Part shown: piece by piece, positions 8,076 through 16,886 of the stretch
How the letters are laid out: every line of letters begins with the position of its first letter
Position numbering within the stretch: the stretch's first letter is position 1
From: an archaeon
GTDB taxonomy: Archaea; Asgardarchaeota; Thorarchaeia; Thorarchaeales; Thorarchaeaceae
Length of the DNA: 32,000 nucleotides
Direction: 5' to 3'
Assembly (NCBI GenBank): GCA_024275415.1
Contig: JAJRZD010000033.1
Location: 1 to 32,000 of the forward strand
Position numbers and translations under genes: made by a program
Notes under the pieces: model-generated
The model's database searches: none
Seen by the model: the letters and a program-made list of their open reading frames with translations, nothing else
What the model was told of the DNA's origin: nothing

Positions 8076-9167
8076 TTGACTCAGGAATATCAGATGTGCA
8101 AACGATGCGTAATGGACACTACAGATCCAAAAATACAATTCGATGAGAACGGTATTTGCAATCATTGCACTAACTATCTAGCGCGAGCTGAGAAGGTACT
8201 CTTACCTCCTGAAAGACGAGAGGCGAAGTTGAAGGAATATATCAACAAGATAAAAGAATGGGGGAGAGGCAAAGAATACGACTGCATCGCCGGTGTTTCT
8301 GGGGGCGTTGATAGCACGTATATGGTGTATATTGCAAAAGAGCTGGGTCTTCGACCCCTTGCAGTCCATCTTGACAACGGATGGAATTCCAGACTGGCAG
8401 TTACCAATATTGAACGCGTGCTGAACCAGTTGGATGTCGACCTATACACCCACGTCATCGACTGGGAGGAATTCAAGGATATCCAAATGGCATATTTCAA
8501 GGCATCCGTTGTGGACATTGAGGTCGCATCTGACCACGCTATAGTAGCAATGATACACAATATAGCTGCTGATAGGAGAATCAAGTACATTCTAAGAGGT
8601 AGCAACTTCGCAACCGAAGGGATAATGCCAAGAAGCTGGGTCTGGGTCAAGAATGACCTTGCCAACCTCAAGGATATCCATCGCTACTATGGAACCCGGA
8701 AACTAAAGACATATCCTACCCTTGGGTTCCTGCGTCTTGTGTATCTGAGGAAAATCAGGGGCATAGAGCGATTCCCGTTATTGAACTACATTGACTACAA
8801 TCGGGATGAGGCAAAGAGGTTTCTCATCGAGGAACTTGGATGGGAAGATTATGGCGGGAAACATCACGAATCAATCTTCACCAAGTTCTATCAGAGTTAC
8901 ATCCTCCCAACAAAGTTCAACATCGACAAGAGGAAGGCACATCTTTCAACATTAATCTGTTCAGGACAGATAACGCGAGAAGACGCCCTCAAGCGCCTTG
9001 AAGAGCCTCTCTATGACGAGTCCGAGCTTAAGAGAGATACCGAGTACGTGCTGAAAAAGTTCGGTTGGACTGAAGAAGAGTTCCGAGAGATAATGAATCT
9101 GCCAATAAGGCAGCATGATGAATTCAAAACCGATGTATGGATAAGGAAATTCTTAGGTTCTGGATGA
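8076..9167 (+). CDS. N-acetyl sugar amidotransferase (WbuX/AglX/PseA family)
   Basis: CKRCVMDT...CNHC, PP-loop SGGVDS, HLDNGWNS and YGGKHHES. TTG start with GAGGG upstream. Confidence 0.93.
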   Translation: MTQEYQMCKRCVMDTTDPKIQFDENGICNHCTNYLARAEKVLLPPERREAKLKEYINKIKEWGRGKEYDCIAGVSGGVDSTYMVYIAKELGLRPLAVHLDNGWNSRLAVTNIERVLNQLDVDLYTHVIDWEEFKDIQMAYFKASVVDIEVASDHAIVAMIHNIAADRRIKYILRGSNFATEGIMPRSWVWVKNDLANLKDIHRYYGTRKLKTYPTLGFLRLVYLRKIRGIERFPLLNYIDYNRDEAKRFLIEELGWEDYGGKHHESIFTKFYQSYILPTKFNIDKRKAHLSTLICSGQITREDALKRLEEPLYDESELKRDTEYVLKKFGWTEEEFREIMNLPIRQHDEFKTDVWIRKFLGSG

Positions 9168-9176
9168 ATTTATAGG

Positions 9177-9899
9177 ATGACGGAGGCAGTGCCATTGAGA
9201 ACACTTGCAACAATTTGTGCAAGAGGAGGGTCGAGAGGGCTAAAGGACAAGAATATCCTTTCTTTGAATGGCAAACCACTAATCGCCTATACAATTGATG
9301 CAGTAAAGAGCTGGGGAGGGGCAAATCGAATCATAGTTTCCACTGATTCACGAGTGATTGCCAGTATTGCCAACAAGTATGGGGCTGAAACTCCTTTTCT
9401 ACGACCCCCTGAGTTGGCCACTGACACGGCAGCAAAGCTTCCCGTCATTCAGCACGCTGTGAGGTTCTGTGAAGAAGAATCAGGACTCCGTTATGATGTA
9501 GTCATTGATTTGCAGCCTACCTCTCCATTGCGGTCAGTCGATGATATTCAAGGCGCATTTGACCTATTCATGGAAACCCGACCAGATGTACTGTATACTG
9601 TGAAAGAATCAAAAGATAACCCCTATTTCACAATGGTAGAACTTGATGAATCTGGATTTGCACGATTATCAAAAAAAACTGAGAGCGAAGTGTTTCGAAG
9701 ACAGGATGTACCTAAGGTATATACAATAAATGGCTCTCTCTATATCTTCGATCGTGACTTTCTAATGAACACAAGTTCTCTCCATAATGGAAATGCAAGA
9801 GTCTACATTATGGATGAACTATCTTCTGTCGATATTGATACAGAGCTTGATTTCAGATTCATTGAATTCCTATTGCGTGACAAGACTTATTCACCATAA
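9177..9899 (+). CDS. neuA: CMP-nonulosonic acid synthetase (acylneuraminate cytidylyltransferase, NeuA/LegF)
   Basis: ICARGGSRGLKDKNI, LQPTSPLR and DIDTELD. Confidence 0.95.
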   Translation: MTEAVPLRTLATICARGGSRGLKDKNILSLNGKPLIAYTIDAVKSWGGANRIIVSTDSRVIASIANKYGAETPFLRPPELATDTAAKLPVIQHAVRFCEEESGLRYDVVIDLQPTSPLRSVDDIQGAFDLFMETRPDVLYTVKESKDNPYFTMVELDESGFARLSKKTESEVFRRQDVPKVYTINGSLYIFDRDFLMNTSSLHNGNARVYIMDELSSVDIDTELDFRFIEFLLRDKTYSP

Positions 9900-9959
9900 G
9901 ACCGGAATTCATTTAGACCCGTATCTACTACTATTGGTCTAGAACAAAGTCTGATTGAT

Positions 9960-10766
9960 ATGAGATTGAGGTATTTCATTATGGATGATTCAAACATTCT
10001 TTTGGGCAGAAATGTATTCGTTCATCCTACTGCACAAATATCTGGTGCTGATATCGAGATTGGGGATTTCGCTTGGATTGGTCCCAACGTTTTGATTAGT
10101 GGTCGGAGTATCAATATAGGACGCGAGGCTTGGATTGGAGCGTCCGCAATTATTGGAGGCGGTCGGGCTGAGATGGGGTCTTTGGAGTGTGGTGATTTTC
10201 TTCATTTAGGGATACGAGGTCAAATTAACACCGCCAACACTGTGCTCATCGGTGACGAGGTCGGGATTGGGATGAATGGTATGGTTTTCTCCCACGGTGC
10301 ATATCTTTCAGAATATGATGGCTTTCCCTATCAAGACTCGCCAGTCAGTATCGGCTCTAATGTCTGGCTTCCATATGCAATTGTAACTCCTGGTGTTAAA
10401 ATCGGTAGTAATGTTGTAGTTGCAGCTATGTCCCTCGTCAACAGGGATCTGCCATCTGGCTGCATCGCAGGTGGAATCCCAGCTAAAGTGTTGAAGGAAC
10501 ATGTTTACCCTCGAAACATCACTCAGGAGCAACGGATTGCTGTTCTGGATCGGATCATACAGGAGGCAGCATTTTATGGGGTCGAGGTGTCTCGTGACTC
10601 GATAGGAGAAACTCTTACCCAGGGAAGAACAGTTTTCGATCTTCCGAAGCGAAGAATTGAGGGTCCTGCAAATAGTGCTACCGAGCGTTTGAAGAACCTT
10701 CTTCGACGACATGGAATTAGGTTCAGGTTTTATAATGATGGAGAACAATACCGAGAGTGGGACTAG
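9960..10766 (+). CDS. Left-handed beta-helix (hexapeptide repeat) acyltransferase with a C-terminal extension
   Basis: Repeated [IV]GxxxxIG hexads, PVSIGSNVWL...PGVKIGSNVVVAAMSLV..DLP and GGIPAKVLK. Confidence 0.85.
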   Translation: MRLRYFIMDDSNILLGRNVFVHPTAQISGADIEIGDFAWIGPNVLISGRSINIGREAWIGASAIIGGGRAEMGSLECGDFLHLGIRGQINTANTVLIGDEVGIGMNGMVFSHGAYLSEYDGFPYQDSPVSIGSNVWLPYAIVTPGVKIGSNVVVAAMSLVNRDLPSGCIAGGIPAKVLKEHVYPRNITQEQRIAVLDRIIQEAAFYGVEVSRDSIGETLTQGRTVFDLPKRRIEGPANSATERLKNLLRRHGIRFRFYNDGEQYREWD

Positions 10767-11914
10767 TGCGTGATTGTCTTCTTCATAAATGCTTCATCGA
10801 TCTCTAAATTCTTTAGGATTTCCACGATTCTCTCAGCAGTCCTCCCGTCCCCGTACGGATTCTGGATATCCTCTAATGAACCTCTGAATTCTTTGCTCAA
10901 TGCCTTTTTGATTCCTTCAATTATCTTTTCTTTCTTCGCTTCAATATTGATGATGTTCTCGCCACGCGCTCTAGAATCTTGTCTTGTGCCAATATTGACG
11001 ACAGGCAGTTTGACTGAGGCTGCTTCAATTATACCACTGCTAGAATTTCCAACCATTACCGCAACGTGTTTCATCAGGTCTATGTAATCATCATGCGGCA
11101 GGCTTTTTATGATTTTTATGTTCTTTCGTCCTCTTAACTTCTCTATCTCTTTGATTATCTCTTCACATCCAATGTCGTTGTTTGGATATATTATGACGGA
11201 CTTCAGTCCAATCTCTTTGAGGGCTTCTGCAATTTGATTCATCTGGTATCCCATATTTGTTTCATGATGAACCGGATGAAATATCACCAGCAATGATTGG
11301 TCGTCTAATTGCATTCCAATCCTATTGGATATGTCCTCCTTCTTTATGACTCCTTTTGCAACAATTGTATCTAATCCCATAGATCCAACAACATGAATTC
11401 TCCAAGGTTCTTCACCCATTTGTATGAGCCTTTCTTTATGCTCATCGATTGCCACAAGATGAAGATGTGCGAATCGTGAAATTGAGTGGCGAATGCTTTC
11501 ATCGATGGTTCCACTATTTGTTTTATCTCCGCCATGGACATGAATCACTGGGATTCTGAGAAACACTGCTGCAAGAGTCGCAGCCAAGGGTTCGAGACGG
11601 TCTCCCAGCACCACTAACATGTCAGCATCAATCATATCAAGTTCGATAGTAAACCCTTTGATTCCTCTTGCAAGTGCCAGCCCGTGATATCTTGTCGTGG
11701 GGTCGGTTTCATCATACATTTCGACAACGGATCGAATTGGAATTCCTTCCCTTCTAATATCTCCTATCGTTTCCCCGAATTTCTTTAGCAGGTGAAGTCC
11801 TGTGACAATCAAAGATAATTCAATGCTCTCATCGGCTTCTAGGATCTTCAACAAAGGCTTCAAAATACCATACTCTGCTCTTGAGCCTGTCACGACAGCA
11901 ATCTTTCTCCTCAT
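10763..11914 (-). CDS. neuC: Hydrolysing UDP-N-acetylhexosamine 2-epimerase (NeuC/LegG)
   Basis: VVTGSRAEYG, VLGDRLE, HVHGGD..SGTIDESIRHSIS, GNSSSGIIEA and NPYGDG. Probable start 11914. Confidence 0.94.
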   Translation of the reverse strand: MRRKIAVVTGSRAEYGILKPLLKILEADESIELSLIVTGLHLLKKFGETIGDIRREGIPIRSVVEMYDETDPTTRYHGLALARGIKGFTIELDMIDADMLVVLGDRLEPLAATLAAVFLRIPVIHVHGGDKTNSGTIDESIRHSISRFAHLHLVAIDEHKERLIQMGEEPWRIHVVGSMGLDTIVAKGVIKKEDISNRIGMQLDDQSLLVIFHPVHHETNMGYQMNQIAEALKEIGLKSVIIYPNNDIGCEEIIKEIEKLRGRKNIKIIKSLPHDDYIDLMKHVAVMVGNSSSGIIEAASVKLPVVNIGTRQDSRARGENIINIEAKKEKIIEGIKKALSKEFRGSLEDIQNPYGDGRTAERIVEILKNLEIDEAFMKKTITH

Positions 11915-11976
11915 AATATCGACCGTCTTTTTTGTGGATATGGATAACTCGGCCAAATCCAAACCAGTGTCATACG

Positions 11977-13023
11977 TTACTCTATCATATCCCTTACTAT
12001 CACATGATCCTTGCTTATATTGGTTCTAGCTCTCTTTCCAATGACATTTCTTAGTTCTTTTGGTCGCATTCCTGTCTGTGGTCTCTTGATGTCAATCATG
12101 TCTTTTGAGATGATACAACCCTCCGGTATGTCCACTTTTGCGACAAGGCTTTTTCTGGCTACCGATGCGATTTGGATTTCTTCTGGTGTAGGCTTCTTGA
12201 CACCATCTCCCAATGCAGATTCAACAGTTCTAACGAGGGCAACTAACCGTTTGAAGTCATCAGGTTCTATTGAGGCAATGTGGTCAGGCCCTGGAAGATT
12301 CCTGTCTAGTGTGATGTGCTTTGCAATGACACATGCACCTAACGACACTGCAATCAAAGCTGCTGTTTCACCAATGGTATGATCGGAATATCCTGTCAGC
12401 AAACCGAATCGTTCTCTTAGCGTCTTTATTGTCAACATATTTTGGTCTTCGATATTTGAAGGATAATTTGACACACACTGCAATAAGACTATTTTTTCAT
12501 TTCCTTGGTTCTGGATTGCATCCACTGCCTCTACTATCTCATCTAATGTCCCCATGCCTGTAGAAAGCAGGATAGGTTTTCCAGTCGATGCCATTTCTTC
12601 TATGGCTGGGATGTTTGTCAAGTCACTAGAGCTTACCTTGTGGGCTGGGACAAGAGGGTCGAGAAACTCGATGGCGTCAGAGGAGTGTGGAGTTGACATG
12701 AACAAAATGTCCTTTTCTTTACAGTATTCTTCAAGCAAAGGGAAAAATGAATAATCCATCTCTAAATTCTGTAGCATTCCTAGCTGACTATCCTTTTTTC
12801 CGGTATTTGACTTTTGATACGCTGCCATATCTGCTGATGCAGTGACCACACCTTCTGCTTTGAAGGTCTGGAACTTGACGACATCAGCCCCTGCATCTTT
12901 TGATACATCAATCAATCTCTTGGCTAATTCGAAATTTCCATTGTGATTCACACCAACCTCTGCAATAATCAGACATGGCTCACCATCTCCAATGTACCTA
13001 TTCCCGATTTGTATTCGATTCAT
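11977..13023 (-). CDS. neuB: Nonulosonic acid synthase (NeuB/LegI family) with C-terminal SAF domain
   Basis: IIAEVGVNHNG, VKFQTF, STGM, GYSDHT, KHITLD and ARKSLVA. Probable start 13023. The usual EKH motif reads AKH here. Confidence 0.95.
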   Translation of the reverse strand: MNRIQIGNRYIGDGEPCLIIAEVGVNHNGNFELAKRLIDVSKDAGADVVKFQTFKAEGVVTASADMAAYQKSNTGKKDSQLGMLQNLEMDYSFFPLLEEYCKEKDILFMSTPHSSDAIEFLDPLVPAHKVSSSDLTNIPAIEEMASTGKPILLSTGMGTLDEIVEAVDAIQNQGNEKIVLLQCVSNYPSNIEDQNMLTIKTLRERFGLLTGYSDHTIGETAALIAVSLGACVIAKHITLDRNLPGPDHIASIEPDDFKRLVALVRTVESALGDGVKKPTPEEIQIASVARKSLVAKVDIPEGCIISKDMIDIKRPQTGMRPKELRNVIGKRARTNISKDHVIVRDMIE

Positions 13024-13164
13024 ATCTCTTCCACCTTCTTCAGTGAACACATGGAAACTCGATTATTTTCGAGGTTATCATGTGCATCTGCTTGCTGCAT
13101 ATAGTTTTTCTAAGATTGGTTAGTTAGACCGAATGATATAAGTTGTATCTCTAAATCTTCGAAC

Positions 13165-14328
13165 TTGTGGCAACCTGAAGTCTTGGTGACCCCTATTACG
13201 ACTGAATGGAAAATCCCTCTCTACAAGATTTTCTGGGATGAGGACGATGTCGAGTCGGTCGCGAGTGTGATTCGACGGGGCATGTTCTGGACGGGAGGAT
13301 CTTCTGTTTCTATGTTTGAAAATGAAGTAGCAGGTCTGGTTGGCATAGAATATGGTGTTGCGTTCAATTCTGGCACTTCTGCACAATCCGCTATTTTAAC
13401 CGCTCTAGGAATTGGTTCTGGTGATGAGGTAATTGTCCCATCATTCACGTTCATATCTACTTGCAACACAGTAGTACATCATGATGCAACACCGATTTTT
13501 GCAGAAATTGAAACTGAAACTTTCGGGTTAGATGCAAATGATGTCGAAAGAAAAATCACTGCAAAGACAAAGGCTGTGATACCAGTACATTACGCTGGAG
13601 CAAGCTGCAGAATTGATGAGATTATCAAGATAGCAGATGAACACGACTTATATGTGATAGAAGATGCAGCTGAAGCACTTGGGGCATATTACAATGACAA
13701 TCCTGTTGGTTCATTCGGGATAGGTGCCATGTTCAGTTTTTGTGGAAACAAAGTCATTACGACTGGCGAGGCCGGAATGCTAGTAACTGACGATGAAAAA
13801 CTTGCTGAAACCCTCCGTCTAGTAAGATCCCATGGCAGGGTCGATAAGGGTTCGTACTTCTCGTCCTCTGACTCGTTTGACTATGTTTCTTTCGGGCACA
13901 ATTGGAGAATTTCTGAGATAACTGCCGAGTTAGGCCGATCCCAGCTGCGTAAATTACACACAGTCATCAAACTAAGAAGAGAAGTGGCAAAACTTTATGC
14001 GGAATCATTGAATGACTTACCACTTACTTGCCCAAACCCGACTGAGATGCCGGGTCACATTTTCCAGATGTATACTGTTCTTTTTGACTCGCACTCAGAT
14101 CGCGAAAAAGCGAGGGCGCATCTGACTCGTGAAGGAATCATGTCCAAGATATATTTTGATTGTGTCCATCTCACATCAGCTTACAGGTCGATGTTTAACA
14201 CCACTGAAGGTATGCTTCCTGTTACAGAGGATATAGCTCGGAGAGTTTTGACTTTGCCAATTTTCCCGACCATGACCTCTGAAGAAGTGCAGATGGTCAG
14301 TAAAACGATACAGCATTCTATTGCCTGA
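13165..14328 (+). CDS. DegT/DnrJ/EryC1/StrS PLP aminotransferase (LegC/PglE-like)
   Basis: FNSGTSA, GDEVIVPSFTF, VIPVHYAG, IEDAAEALG and FSFCGNKVITTGEAG (PLP lysine). Exact start uncertain. Confidence 0.94.
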   Translation: MWQPEVLVTPITTEWKIPLYKIFWDEDDVESVASVIRRGMFWTGGSSVSMFENEVAGLVGIEYGVAFNSGTSAQSAILTALGIGSGDEVIVPSFTFISTCNTVVHHDATPIFAEIETETFGLDANDVERKITAKTKAVIPVHYAGASCRIDEIIKIADEHDLYVIEDAAEALGAYYNDNPVGSFGIGAMFSFCGNKVITTGEAGMLVTDDEKLAETLRLVRSHGRVDKGSYFSSSDSFDYVSFGHNWRISEITAELGRSQLRKLHTVIKLRREVAKLYAESLNDLPLTCPNPTEMPGHIFQMYTVLFDSHSDREKARAHLTREGIMSKIYFDCVHLTSAYRSMFNTTEGMLPVTEDIARRVLTLPIFPTMTSEEVQMVSKTIQHSIA

Positions 14329-14336
14329 ATGTCAAT

Positions 14337-14987
14337 TCACACAACAATCCTACCTACAACAAACCCCTCCGCAAATTGGGTTCCCGCTTCTGCGCCTCTC
14401 ATTTTTGCCAAGGTTCTAATAGCTTCGATTGACCTTGGGTGAGGGAACTGTTCGATTTCCGAATCATAGGCGTTGAATGCTTTGACTTTAAGGTCGATGT
14501 ATGTTGTGATGTCAACATAATATTTTGCCTGAAATGGAACCTGTTTCATGCTTGACGTTTCGTAGAACAAGACTGTGCCTTTTTTGAACACATCAAGATA
14601 CGGCCGAGTAACTACTTGAGTTGCCTCATAGACGAACCTGTGATCCATATGCAATTCGCTAATATCCGGAGCATATACAACATCCGGCTTGAACTCTTGC
14701 ATTGCCTTACTCATTACAGCGGTTATCTCTACCAAGCCGGTTTCCATCAATCTGGCATCAGGTAGATCAAAGAAACGAATGTTTTTTGTCCCTAGAATCT
14801 CACAAGCTTTCTTGCAAGCATCTCTTCTCACTTGAAGCATCTGGGGATTATCATATTGCGCACTTACCCCCTCGCTTATGACGACAACACTTACGACATC
14901 GCCATTATCGGTGTGTTTTGCAATGGTTCCTCCAACTCCAAGAACCTCATCATCAGGGTGCGGAGCAAATACGAGTACATGTTTCAA
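14337..14987 (-). CDS. PIG-L/LmbE family N-deacetylase (copy 1)
   Basis: APHPDDEVLGVGG and LHMDH metal-binding motifs. Confidence 0.92.
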   Translation of the reverse strand: MKHVLVFAPHPDDEVLGVGGTIAKHTDNGDVVSVVVISEGVSAQYDNPQMLQVRRDACKKACEILGTKNIRFFDLPDARLMETGLVEITAVMSKAMQEFKPDVVYAPDISELHMDHRFVYEATQVVTRPYLDVFKKGTVLFYETSSMKQVPFQAKYYVDITTYIDLKVKAFNAYDSEIEQFPHPRSIEAIRTLAKMRGAEAGTQFAEGFVVGRIVV

Positions 14988-15061
14988 TATCTTTTCTCCT
15001 CCAGTGTGTTCAATGAGAATCTATCTTTCTCCTTATCTTTTCTTGTAACGTGTCTTCAACT

Positions 15062-15718
15062 CTATAATTTTCGAATGACTTCTGCAGGGTTTCCTGCAAC
15101 TAGCGATCGTTCAGAAGTGTCTTCTGTTACTACTGCACCCATTGGCACAACGCAGTCTCGATGGATTGTTATGTCATCTCTCACTATCGCACCTGCTCCG
15201 ATGAACACACGTTCTTCGATTGTGACCCCTCCTAGCAGAACCGAGTTCGGGCTAAGATTGGCATATGGGTTAACTTTCACATCATGCTCGATATTGACAT
15301 AATTGTTGATGATAACTCCTTCATGGATTGTTGCGTCAGAACCCACAGAGGCATTGATTCCGACACTGACATTCCGATCTATTTTTGAAGTACTCACGAT
15401 TACAGCACTAGGATCTATAACTGTCGCGAACTCGAAAGCAAAATCCGTGAAGGTTCTGACAATTTCAGCAGCCTTTTGTCGTTCGGCGTTTCCATCATAT
15501 GCACTCCCCCCATATGCAATGATAACCTCTGCGTAGTCGAAAGGCGACTCGATTCCATTTGTAAGGTCTCCCACGACGGGACATTCTTGTAACGACTCCG
15601 ACCTTTTCTCAAATATATCTACGAATGCGATGTATTTCTTGTGGATTCCGTTTCTTTCAAGATATCCTAAGACGACCTTCCCGTGTCCGCCTGTCCCTAC
15701 AATTATGTAATTTGTCAT
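15062..15718 (-). CDS. NeuD/PglD family sugar acetyltransferase (LegH-like)
   Basis: IIVGTGGHGKVV, hexapeptide repeats, IEHDV (catalytic His) and VAGNPA. Probable start 15718. Confidence 0.9.
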   Translation of the reverse strand: MTNYIIVGTGGHGKVVLGYLERNGIHKKYIAFVDIFEKRSESLQECPVVGDLTNGIESPFDYAEVIIAYGGSAYDGNAERQKAAEIVRTFTDFAFEFATVIDPSAVIVSTSKIDRNVSVGINASVGSDATIHEGVIINNYVNIEHDVKVNPYANLSPNSVLLGGVTIEERVFIGAGAIVRDDITIHRDCVVPMGAVVTEDTSERSLVAGNPAEVIRKL

Positions 15719-15857
15719 CGAACTCTCTACTATCAATGCAGTGAATGGCTTGTAATCTTTTTCATTCCAATATGCAATTAGCTCTTCTCTTCAACTCGTT
15801 CATCTCTCGACCGAAAACAACAAAAAGGCAAACCAAGTGGGTTGGGTTTGAAAACAT

Positions 15858-16778
15858 ATGACTCAAGTAAAACCAGCTATTTTGGTGACCGGTGGGGCCG
15901 GTGCTATTGGTTCTGCATTAGTTGAGCGTATTTTAGAAACATTGGGTGACGAATTCACAATAAGGGTCTTCGATAGCGATGAATATGGCTTATGGCAACT
16001 GCAGCAACGGCTCAAGAACAATCCCATTGTCCGATACTTGCTGGGAAGTGTCAGAGAATACTCTCGAATTGAAGAGGCCATGAAAGGTGTGAAATACGTT
16101 TGTCATGCAGCCGCATACAAACATGTAGGACTTTGCGAGTACAACCCATTTGATGCAGTTGAAACCAACATCATTGGAACCCAGAACACAATTCGTGCAG
16201 CGATTGCAACAGATAGTGTAGAGAAGTTTCTCTTTGTTAGCACTGACAAAGCAGTCAATCCTACAAGCCTAATGGGAGCTACTAAATTGATTGGTGAACG
16301 ATTAGTTGTAGCATCAAATCAGATAAAGGGCACTAGGGATATAGGATTGAGTGCTTCTCGGTTTCCCAATGTGATTCAGACGAGGGGTAATGTGTTTGAA
16401 GCCTGGCAAAAGCAGCTGCAAACTGACGGCAAGATTGTTGTAACGCATCCCGATATGACTAGGTATTTTTTGCCGATTCAATCTGCAGTTGACTTTCTAA
16501 TCGAGTGTTTTGGATTAATGAAAGGTGGGGAGATTTTTATCCCTAACTTGACTGAGAAAGATACCCGTAAGATTGTGGATGTAGCAGAAGAGTGGTTGGC
16601 AAAACAAGACAAGAGTGGTGAGATTATCTTTGGTTCTCCTCAATATGGCGAGAAACTCTCTGAAGTGTTATACTCCGAAGCTGAGAAACCCTATCTGGAA
16701 AAACTAACAGAGCGTGTTCAAGTTATACGCTCACCTATCTATGATTTTCTACACTGGAATAACCCCCTCGAGTCATAA
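15858..16778 (+). CDS. UDP-GlcNAc 4,6-dehydratase, PglF/CapD-type catalytic domain only (LegB-like)
   Basis: TGGAGAIG, HAAAYKHV, STDKAVNPTSLMGATK (Met-type MxxxK) and HPDMTRYF. Confidence 0.9.
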   Translation: MTQVKPAILVTGGAGAIGSALVERILETLGDEFTIRVFDSDEYGLWQLQQRLKNNPIVRYLLGSVREYSRIEEAMKGVKYVCHAAAYKHVGLCEYNPFDAVETNIIGTQNTIRAAIATDSVEKFLFVSTDKAVNPTSLMGATKLIGERLVVASNQIKGTRDIGLSASRFPNVIQTRGNVFEAWQKQLQTDGKIVVTHPDMTRYFLPIQSAVDFLIECFGLMKGGEIFIPNLTEKDTRKIVDVAEEWLAKQDKSGEIIFGSPQYGEKLSEVLYSEAEKPYLEKLTERVQVIRSPIYDFLHWNNPLES

Positions 16779-16886
16779 CAGGAATGCACTCAAAACTAGC
16801 TTGTGTTTCTCTTATTATGTACAACACGAGAAAGTACTATTGCATTGACACATACTTTGCAATACGTATCTCATTGATTTCGGAAG

